A stretch of DNA of 32,000 nucleotides from Ferroglobus placidus DSM 10642 (GTDB lineage Archaea; Halobacteriota; Archaeoglobi; Archaeoglobales; Archaeoglobaceae): assembly GCF_000025505.1 (NCBI RefSeq), contig NC_013849.1, forward strand, positions 390,001 to 422,000, written 5' to 3'. The stretch's first letter is position 1. Every line of letters begins with the position of its first letter. Of this stretch, positions 24,226 through 31,511 are shown piece by piece. The position numbers were made by a program, and so were the translations under genes. The notes beneath the pieces were generated by a model. The model worked only from the letters and a program-made list of their open reading frames with translations, made no database searches and was not told the DNA's origin.

Positions 24226-24666
24226 GTGAGGGTTGTATTCTCCTTCAGCGTGACGGATGAGGAGCTCGTCCAGAAAATTATGGCTTTCAAGGAAACCGGA
24301 AACCTCTCAGCCCTTGTGAACAAGCTTCTCCGGGCGTACTTCGACAACAATGGTAGAGTGGATTTTGAGAATGTGGTTAGTCTCGGAAACCTTCAAAACT
24401 CTCGTAACATCCACAACGAGTTCGCAGAATACAGAGGAAAGCTTGAGGAGCTGGAGTCAAGAATTGTGAAGCTGGAGAGGAAAATATATGGAGAGAGTGG
24501 TGAGAGCAGACAGTGTAGTAATGTGGAGGGGAGGGGGAGTGGAGAGAGCATCAGTTCTGCCAACAGTACTACTGAGACTGCTACTGAGATTGCAGAGACG
24601 GAAGAAAAGTCCAAGCCCGTCAGAAGGTTCAAGGTTGTTTTTGAAGATGCAAGCAGAGAGGGGTAA
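24226..24666 (+). CDS. ribbon-helix-helix (CopG-like) N-terminal domain protein with coiled-coil (paralog 2)
   Basis: VVFSFSVTDEELVQKIMAFKETGNLSALVNKLLRAYF is nearly identical to paralog 1. GTG start after GGAGGGGG. Confidence 0.7.
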   Translation: MRVVFSFSVTDEELVQKIMAFKETGNLSALVNKLLRAYFDNNGRVDFENVVSLGNLQNSRNIHNEFAEYRGKLEELESRIVKLERKIYGESGESRQCSNVEGRGSGESISSANSTTETATEIAETEEKSKPVRRFKVVFEDASREG

Positions 24667-24749
24667 AAGAGAAGCCCGAAGTACGAAAGGTATGGGGGAG
24701 ATGTGGTTTGGGAGGGAGGTAGAGAGTGGCACAGTAGTTTGGGAGGGAT

Positions 24750-24798
24750 GGTAGGGAAGTGGTAGGGAGTAGGTAGGGAACAGGTAGGGAAGGTAGGT
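24750..24798 (+). repeat. GGTAGGGA motif x5 with ~11-bp period in a G-rich, C-poor spacer
   Basis: Copies start at 24750, 24761, 24772, 24783 and 24792 (the last is degenerate). Confidence 0.85.
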
Positions 24799-24815
24799 GT
24801 GCAGGTGGAGCTTTG

Positions 24816-25319
24816 ATGAGTCCTCGCAGAGCGATCTTAAGCCTGATTGGCCTGATAACTTTGATAGAGCCATGTCTTGCTGTACCACCTCCTCCTGCCC
24901 ACGTAGCACTGATCCTTCTCATCGCTCCAGTTATCGTAAACTACTTCTGGAATTTCACGATTCTGGGGCTCCTCTTCCGCCACTTTAACATTGGAGTGAT
25001 AAGCAGGAAATTTGCTCTGTTTATAGCAATCTTAACCCTCCTCGGCCTCTGCATTGACGGTTTCACGTATCTGCTCGGCCTCAACTTTTTTGCAGACCCT
25101 CCGCAAAGCCTCTTCCTGTGGTTTTTACTCGCCGGGATTCTTCTATTCATCACCGCATGCAGCTTAACGCGGCTGGTATATAGACTTCCGAAGAAGATCT
25201 GTTTTATTTCAGGCCTTGTGTATGGTGCTGCCTCAAACCCGGCAGCAGGAATCTTGCTTGCGGGAATCTTGCTCGGATCTTTAATTCCACCATACTGGCA
25301 GAACTTTCCTCACCCTTAA
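24816..25319 (+). CDS. polytopic integral membrane protein, unknown function
   Basis: 167 aa with about 5 hydrophobic helices. ATG 24816 lies 5 nt after GGTGGAG. Confidence 0.65.
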   Translation: MSPRRAILSLIGLITLIEPCLAVPPPPAHVALILLIAPVIVNYFWNFTILGLLFRHFNIGVISRKFALFIAILTLLGLCIDGFTYLLGLNFFADPPQSLFLWFLLAGILLFITACSLTRLVYRLPKKICFISGLVYGAASNPAAGILLAGILLGSLIPPYWQNFPHP

Positions 25320-25718
25320 TGTCGCTGATGGAGAAAGTGGGAGAGATGTCGTTTTGAATTGTAAAGAGGGTTCGATGAGCCATGATTGATTTTTGAGCTT
25401 TTCGAGAATACTGCGGTATCTTTTTAAGGTCTCGTTCTTATTATTGAACTCCTCTCCGCTATCAATCTATCTCTGCTATCAAGATTGCGGTTTCTGCGGA
25501 GTATTGGCTGGCTTTTGCTGGATTAGCAGATCCTGCGGTTGTAGTTTTGGAAAAAAGAGTTGTCGATTCTCTACCTGTTGAAGATGCCGGAAAAATACCT
25601 CATACCCAGCAAAGCTATTGAGGGATTGGAGTTGATTTCAGAGGAATGAGGTTGAGGGATATGCACAGAGGGTTATGCACAGACACCCTAAGGATCAAGT
25701 TGTAATAATTTAATCTAA

Positions 25719-25775
25719 AAATATTACTATACGTAATTGGTCACTGATTTCAGAATCCTTTTTATTTTGGTCAGT
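25719..25775. repeat. 57-bp direct repeat, copy 1
   Basis: aaatattactatacgtaattggtcactgatttcagaatcctttttattttggtcagt has one mismatch to the copy at 26085-26141. Confidence 0.9.
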
Positions 25776-26084
25776 GAGTAAAAGCTGTTATGGTAAAATG
25801 CTAGGCAGTTTAGAGCTGAGCTGTTCTACATGCCACTATACAGCAGATGCCACAAAGTTGTCCGGCTCCTTAAAAATGGCGGCACGTTCTTAGCTTTTAA
25901 GGACAGAGGTATAGGGTAGGGGGTGGAGGGTGTCAGTCTGTAAGTCTGTCTGTAAAACAGACATTTCATGGTGTGAAGGCCCAATTCTTCCCATTACGGA
26001 ATATTTTGGAGATCGTGTCAATCTGCATCTGTTTGGTCGGATTGGTATTAATAAAGTCTTCAGTGAATTAATAATATTCTCAGT

Positions 26085-26141
26085 AAATATTACTACACGT
26101 AATTGGTCACTGATTTCAGAATCCTTTTTATTTTGGTCAGT
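26085..26141. repeat. 57-bp direct repeat, copy 2
   Basis: 56/57 identical to 25719-25775, at a 366-bp offset. It contains the internal attac..gtaat and tcactga..tcagtga complementarities. Confidence 0.9.
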
Positions 26142-26351
26142 AAATAAAAAAATTCTCCGGGTTGGGTTATGGCAGTTCTGTGGCCCGATCCATCAAAATT
26201 CAATTACATGAAAATTATACAAAAATAAATTGCTTTTTTATTACTTAATAGAAGATATGTAGTATAAAAATCTGTATTTTTCCGCATATTCCTCGGAGAG
26301 AGGTTGGATGGTTTAGTGTGCGGGCAGACAAACCAAAGACAAACCAAAAAA

Positions 26352-28496
26352 TCAGGTGACGGCTGCAGCAGCAGGCAAATATACCTCGAATATCCACCTG
26401 AATCTCTTAACCTTCCGCGCATGGCCTGAGTAGAGGCTTGCAGCTGGTCTGAGCGTGTCCCAGCCACAGTGTGAGAGGGTCTTGAAGAACTCTACACACT
26501 GTTTCAGCCTGCCGCGCATCATCTCCACAGCCCCGTAGCACACCTCCAGCTCATCCTCAAGCATCTCAAGTCTGCGGGTGAAGTACTGGGCAATGCTGGC
26601 GAAGGCTGCCTTCAGCTCATCATCGTTTGAAGCCACAAACACTCCCAGGCTGTTAAGACTGCTGAGCTTGCCGAGCCCCTCACGCTTTCCACCGTTCTTG
26701 TTTCTGCCGCTGCCGCTGACCTCACAATCAACTCCAGCTCTCAGCTCTGCCACCTCCTGCCCCCCAGCCTGAACCTTAACCTGTGCCTGGTTAATCTGAG
26801 CCTGGCCCTGCCCCTGCCCACGTCCATGCCCCTGTCCTGTCCCCGGCCCCAGCTCCTGTACACCCTCCTGCAGCACATCCTGCCCTCCTTCCTGCACCTG
26901 AACCTGGAGGGCGTCTAAAAGGAATGCGAGCAGTTTGTGGCCGGTGTACACCTCCGGTATAGCCCTGTGCCCCCTCATTGAGCTGTACTTGTTAGGATAG
27001 TTGCCCATAAGAATTACCGTGTAGTCTGTAACCCTCTCCCTGAGCCCATTCGCCGGCCTCCTTTCCAGGAATTTGTTTAGGCTCCTCACCGCTGCACTGA
27101 GATGACTCCCCAGTCTGCTCTTTGGGTTTAGAGCAGCTCTGTCGCTCCAGTGGATTGTTAGGGCGTAGCATTCTGTGTAATCGCCCCTCTCACCACCACT
27201 TCCACTCCCTCTCTTGCTCCCTCTCCTTACCCCTCCTCTTACCCTGCCCCTTCTATTCCTCCCTGCACTCCTCCTCCTACCCCTTCCATCCAGGCTAACA
27301 CTGCTGTCCTCATCCCTTATCGGGATCAGCACGTGGACGCAGTTGCTCCTGAAGTCTATGTGCCAGTGCACATCGCATCCGTGGAGAGGTCTCTCGGATG
27401 GCAGACGGCTCAGCAGCTGGTTGTCCACCCTCCACACCAGATCTTTTGCCTTCTTCCTTGCCTCCATGATCCTTTTGCCTTCCTCCTCTCCACCCTCCTC
27501 CACTCCCACTCCCTCCCCTACTCCTGCTTCTGCCCTCCTCTCCCTCCCTTTCTCTTCCTTCTCCAGCTCTTCCTCATCCCTACCCTCCCCTGCTCCTGCT
27601 ATTGCCTCTCCCTCCTCCTTAGCCCCACTCCTTCTTTCCTCCGGCCCCCCTCTTATCTCCCCTACCTCTTCACCCTCCCCTACCTCATCCCTACTGCCCC
27701 TACCATCCCTACCACCATCAACCCCTCCCCCTCCACCCTGTCCGTGCGGGGCGCTGGTGCTGATACTGGATTTGGCTGAACCTGCCTTTGCCGAGGTGAT
27801 CGGGCTGGGATCATCAGAGGTGATGGGGGTTGCTGCTGCCAGTGCATCGAGCGCCCTCCTTACATCGCTGACATCCCTGATACGTATCGGCTTCTTTATC
27901 TGCAGTATTTTTGCCAGGATCTTCCTTTCCTTTGGATCCTCTCTGTTGCACTCCTGCAGGAACCTCTCTGCCTCCCTTCTCCCGTGCAGGTATTCGTCTA
28001 TAGATCTAAGTGCCGCTCTGGTGTAGGCCCTCTCGAAGCTCTCCCCGGTCTCTTTTTGCAGCTCCTTCGCTGATCGGTAAATGAAATGCCACCGACATCC
28101 TGAAGCCACCACTCTCTCGCCGAAGAGCAGTGGCTTTGCTGTGCCATCCTCGTCCCACTGAGAACATAGCTCCTCCTCCAGAAAGGCCATGTAGTCTCGA
28201 CTGAGGGGGAGCTGTCTGATGAAATCTCTCAGAATGTCTCTGCTGTACGTCTCCCCTCTATCCCTCAGTTTTGGTTTTAGCTTTCTTCTGTCAAGTTCAT
28301 CAAAAAACCCTATGAGAGAGTCCAGAACTGATAGAATAGGGACGGAGGTGGCGCTGTGACCCAGCATTCTGGACTCCCTCATAGGGTTCTTTGATAAACT
28401 TGAGTGGGCTCCTATCATCGCCTTACCACCACCTTCCTCTCCTCCCATCCCACCACCCTTTCCCTCACAACCCTTTCCTCCACCACACCCTCTCAT
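26352..28496 (-). CDS. large ORFan (714 aa) with three low-complexity inserts; speculative HUH-type nuclease motifs
   Basis: Uninterrupted 2.1-kb ORF whose start overlaps the upstream stop (ATGA). It carries G/E-rich (aa ~251-340), RG-rich (aa ~404-438) and Q/G-rich (aa ~531-582) segments. It also has LHGCDVHWHIDF (aa 371-382) and YPNKY (aa 500-504). Confidence 0.75.
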   Translation of the reverse strand: MRGCGGGKGCEGKGGGMGGEEGGGKAMIGAHSSLSKNPMRESRMLGHSATSVPILSVLDSLIGFFDELDRRKLKPKLRDRGETYSRDILRDFIRQLPLSRDYMAFLEEELCSQWDEDGTAKPLLFGERVVASGCRWHFIYRSAKELQKETGESFERAYTRAALRSIDEYLHGRREAERFLQECNREDPKERKILAKILQIKKPIRIRDVSDVRRALDALAAATPITSDDPSPITSAKAGSAKSSISTSAPHGQGGGGGVDGGRDGRGSRDEVGEGEEVGEIRGGPEERRSGAKEEGEAIAGAGEGRDEEELEKEEKGRERRAEAGVGEGVGVEEGGEEEGKRIMEARKKAKDLVWRVDNQLLSRLPSERPLHGCDVHWHIDFRSNCVHVLIPIRDEDSSVSLDGRGRRRSAGRNRRGRVRGGVRRGSKRGSGSGGERGDYTECYALTIHWSDRAALNPKSRLGSHLSAAVRSLNKFLERRPANGLRERVTDYTVILMGNYPNKYSSMRGHRAIPEVYTGHKLLAFLLDALQVQVQEGGQDVLQEGVQELGPGTGQGHGRGQGQGQAQINQAQVKVQAGGQEVAELRAGVDCEVSGSGRNKNGGKREGLGKLSSLNSLGVFVASNDDELKAAFASIAQYFTRRLEMLEDELEVCYGAVEMMRGRLKQCVEFFKTLSHCGWDTLRPAASLYSGHARKVKRFRWIFEVYLPAAAAVT

Positions 28497-29176
28497 TCCT
28501 CCCCTCCTCCTTCCCCTCCCCGCTCTCGCTTCTCAACTCCCACTCCTTCTCCCTCACTCTCTCCCTCCTCCTCCTGCTCTTCCTGTTCTCTCTGCTCCTG
28601 TCCCATCCCGGCACTCGAAACAGTCTTGATCGCGTCAAAGAGCTTGGCGTATCTGTTGTACGCTTCACCAGCCCTCTTCATGAACCCTGTAATCTTCTCA
28701 TAATCCTCCCTGGACCTCTCCAACATCGCATCGATGATTGCCTCCTCCACCATGCTCTGAAACTTATCCATGACTGATGAGACTGCAAGAACATCTACGA
28801 GCGGGGCAGACCTTGCCTCAACCACGTCAACAACCCCTTCATCATTCCTGTAAACAAAGTAGAGTTTTGCCCTGCCACCTTCTCTCTTCAACACCGCTGG
28901 ATACACCACACACTCCTTCTCCCTGTACTTTTTCGCCTCCGCTGGAATGGCTATGCTGGGATCGTCTATCTCAACATCATACTCGCTGAGAAGGGCTGTA
29001 ATCCTGTCAAGCAGCTTTGTGAACTTCTCGGTAATCATCGGTTTGTATCTTTCAGCATACTCCCTCCTCTTCTCCTCATACTTTTTTATTCTACACAACT
29101 TTTCTTCAACTCCTCCACCCTCAACTCTGCCAGCACCCTCTCCTCCGCTGTCTCCTCCGCTATCCTCCGCTATCAT
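28493..29176 (-). CDS. hypothetical protein with G/E-rich termini
   Basis: 227-aa ORF, translationally coupled to the downstream 714-aa ORF. Confidence 0.7.
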   Translation of the reverse strand: MIAEDSGGDSGGEGAGRVEGGGVEEKLCRIKKYEEKRREYAERYKPMITEKFTKLLDRITALLSEYDVEIDDPSIAIPAEAKKYREKECVVYPAVLKREGGRAKLYFVYRNDEGVVDVVEARSAPLVDVLAVSSVMDKFQSMVEEAIIDAMLERSREDYEKITGFMKRAGEAYNRYAKLFDAIKTVSSAGMGQEQREQEEQEEEGESEGEGVGVEKRERGGEGGGEE

Positions 29177-29287
29177 CCATCACACACTCCTAACCGCAAG
29201 GAAGCCCACAAGCTTTCCCACTACAGGGGCCCTCATGTTCTCCTTCTTACCCTCGCTCCACAGCCCACACACCATGCACACACCGTG

Positions 29288-29677
29288 TCATGACAGTATG
29301 CTGACAATGACGTTCTTGATCAGCTCAGCAAGAACAACAATTGCGAGCCCTATTATGGCGCCGGTGAAAGCCCTCCTCGCCTTCTGCTCCTTCTCCGGCT
29401 GACCCTCAGAAGTCATGTGCAGAAAGCCAGCGTACATGAATACGAGCACTGATACTGTGATGAGGACCACCTGGACGGCTTTGATTATTGTATTTATTTT
29501 GTCCAGGAGTGGTTGCAGCCCTGAAGGAACGTTGCCCTGCGCTGCCGCCACAGCTGTGGCCAGTATAAAGGCCAGTATAAAGGCTGTTGCCGGAATAAAG
29601 GCGATTGCAGGCCTTTTAAACCTCTCTAAGCGGTTTTTCAACCCGCCCTCCACCTTGTCTTTCACACAAGCCCTCAT
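29288..29677 (-). CDS. VirB2/TrbC-like T4SS pilin (copy 2)
   Basis: Signal/anchor ending AVAAAQG, then VLITVSVLVFMYAGFLHMTSEGQPEKEQKARRAFTGAIIGLAIVVLAELI, the two-helix T4SS-pilin signature. ATG 29677 lies 6 nt after GAGGTG; the track start is 29704. Confidence 0.72.
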   Translation of the reverse strand: MRACVKDKVEGGLKNRLERFKRPAIAFIPATAFILAFILATAVAAAQGNVPSGLQPLLDKINTIIKAVQVVLITVSVLVFMYAGFLHMTSEGQPEKEQKARRAFTGAIIGLAIVVLAELIKNVIVSILS

Positions 29678-29725
29678 CTGCAACACCTCTTTTACTACTC
29701 GCACGTATTCTTATACTTTTTCCCT

Positions 29726-29745
29726 TTATGCATATATAATATTAT
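29726..29745. promoter_or_regulatory. AT-rich TATA-like element in a divergent promoter region
   Basis: ttatgcatatataatattat, with further TATA-like boxes at 29771-29799, in the 181-bp gap between divergent genes. Confidence 0.4.
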
Positions 29746-29858
29746 CGGTTGAACTTCGAAAACTATACATACATAATATAAAGAAAAACATTTATATTCT
29801 CAAGTGCGTAGTATCAGTAGGATATTAAAAGTTTTGATGCAGTGGAGGAGGGGTCGGA

Positions 29859-31511
29859 ATGGGAAAAGATAATGGAATTGGTAAGAAAACAGGTGACAGA
29901 GGTTTTGCAGAGGTAATCGCAGCACTCATAATTCTCGCCATCACAGTTGCAGCCTCACCCGCGCTTATCCAGATTACAAAGCACGTCAGCAGCGAGATTG
30001 CAAAAGCAAATCAGCCATCAAGCGCCTACGTGAGCGTATCTAATGGTGTCGTCTCGGCAACAAACCCCATGCCCGTCCCAATAAGCCTGGACAGAATACG
30101 GCTCACCGTAAACGGAGAGCCCGTGCCAATACAGGATGCAAATCACAACGGGGTGTGGGAGCCTTTCGAGAAAATCACCTTCGACCTCAATTCAATGCTC
30201 AAAAAAGATGTGGCTGTTGTAACGCTTTACATTGACGGGAAGGAGGTTTACAGATCTGTTTATACAAGGCCGACAGCCTTCCCGGAGGACGCACAGTTCC
30301 CCGTTATCGATGTGAATGCATCTGCAGGGGGGAAGAAAGGCCTCACCCTGGACATCTCCATCGATGATGATGTTGCAGTTGCCCTTCAGGAAGTTCGGAT
30401 AGGTGATGTTAAGGGTGAGAAACTGTACAGCCAGACCGACTTTCTGGAGGAGTACGTGAAGGGGCACAGAGGAGGCAAGTGCAAGCATGAACACGAGGGC
30501 AAGAAGTTCAGGAAAGCTGTAGAAAAATACTGGAAAGAAATTGGAGAGAATGGAGAGAAGGGTGAAAAATACTGGAAAGAGGCAGAAGTGAGCGAGAAGT
30601 TCTGGAAGGAGGTAAAAAAGTACTGGGATGAGATAGAGAAGGAGCACATTGGAGAGCACTACAAGGTTGAGAAGAAGATCGCTGTTCTGCTTGAAAAACT
30701 CATGGGGGCTGTGAAGGAGGGTGGAAAGTCCAGCATACCCTGCGACCTCAAGCATGTCAGCAGCGAGGTCACAATCAACCAAAACCTCTCAGCCGATCAG
30801 TACATCAGGATTGTTGCAAAGGATATTACCGGCAAAACCTCCTCAAAAATCCTCTGGCTGCGCGAGCTGGCACCGGAAGTCCACATCATACGTCCAGCAG
30901 ACGGGCAGAAGTTCTGGAACAACGAGGACATATCCATTCTCGCCAGAGCTATTGGAGCTGATAGAGTGTACCTGTACGTTGACGGCCGTCTAATACTGAG
31001 TGAGAATGCCGGATCGAGCCCCTACGACTTCGGGAAGAATGTCAGGCTTGATGTCGGAACCCACACGATAAAGGCGAGGGCGGTGAACAATGTGGGGGCA
31101 GGGGAGGATTCTATCACGATAACCGTCATACCGGATAACCCGCCAACTGTCAGAATAACGCAGCCAAAGAATGGACAGACCTTCACAACAACCGGAAATG
31201 CTTACAAGTTAACTGTTACGGCAACAGCCTCAGACGACAGAGGTGTTAGAGAGGTCAGGTTCTACGACAATGGCAGATTCATCGGTAGCGATCTAAGTGC
31301 CCCATACCAGATTACAGCAACCCTTGGACTCGGAACCCACACAATAAAGGCTGTGGCAGTTGACACAGCAGGCCAGACAGCTTCTGACACCGTAATGATT
31401 ACCGTGAAGAAGGTTGGACAGCCTCCAAAGATAGTTCAGGCTTCTGTTCCTGCTATCGGGTGGAGTACCGACTTTAGTGGAGGTACTCCCGTTGTAGGAG
31501 GTGGTAGTTAA
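29859..31511 (+). CDS. pilin-signal (class III) surface protein with K[YF]WKE repeats and two C-terminal Ig-like domains (putative pilus adhesin)
   Basis: N-terminus GDRGFAEVIAALIILAITVAA. Four EK[YF]W[KD]E repeats at ~30520-30640. Two tandem ~85-aa Ig-like domains (..GTHTIKARAVNNVGAGEDSITITV / ..GTHTIKAVAVDTAGQTASDTVMITV). Confidence 0.8.
   Translation: MGKDNGIGKKTGDRGFAEVIAALIILAITVAASPALIQITKHVSSEIAKANQPSSAYVSVSNGVVSATNPMPVPISLDRIRLTVNGEPVPIQDANHNGVWEPFEKITFDLNSMLKKDVAVVTLYIDGKEVYRSVYTRPTAFPEDAQFPVIDVNASAGGKKGLTLDISIDDDVAVALQEVRIGDVKGEKLYSQTDFLEEYVKGHRGGKCKHEHEGKKFRKAVEKYWKEIGENGEKGEKYWKEAEVSEKFWKEVKKYWDEIEKEHIGEHYKVEKKIAVLLEKLMGAVKEGGKSSIPCDLKHVSSEVTINQNLSADQYIRIVAKDITGKTSSKILWLRELAPEVHIIRPADGQKFWNNEDISILARAIGADRVYLYVDGRLILSENAGSSPYDFGKNVRLDVGTHTIKARAVNNVGAGEDSITITVIPDNPPTVRITQPKNGQTFTTTGNAYKLTVTATASDDRGVREVRFYDNGRFIGSDLSAPYQITATLGLGTHTIKAVAVDTAGQTASDTVMITVKKVGQPPKIVQASVPAIGWSTDFSGGTPVVGGGS

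Noticed and set aside
23339-24350. Two similar minus-strand ORFs (23339..23560 and 24129..24350) sharing KYARRSLFTRAERFPVSLKAIIFWTSS
   Set aside because: The similarity is just the antisense reading of the duplicated RHH N-terminal DNA block. The plus-strand genes have SDs and a sensible fold pattern.
25719-26141. Possibility that the 57-bp repeats (or other short repeats in the window) form a CRISPR array
   Set aside because: There are only two copies, 366 bp apart, with no regular repeat-spacer periodicity and no cas genes. No other array-like periodic structure was seen.
25393-26211. ORFs 25393..25581 and 25930..26211 in the gene-free region
   Set aside because: They have no SD and a Cys/Phe/Leu-rich odd composition, and the second reads through the 57-bp repeat. 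They are more likely chance ORFs in AT-rich DNA.
27214-28026. 270-aa and 148-aa plus-strand ORFs inside the 714-aa gene
   Set aside because: These are antisense shadows of the G/E/R-rich low-complexity segments, with P/S/L-rich and non-protein-like composition.
26352-28496. Archaeo-eukaryotic primase (PrimPol) assignment for the 714-aa protein, based on ASGCRWHFIY resembling AEP motif II
   Set aside because: No convincing upstream hydrophobic-DxD/DxE motif I or downstream motif III was found. WDEDG lies in a non-beta, acidic context. The match is too weak to claim.
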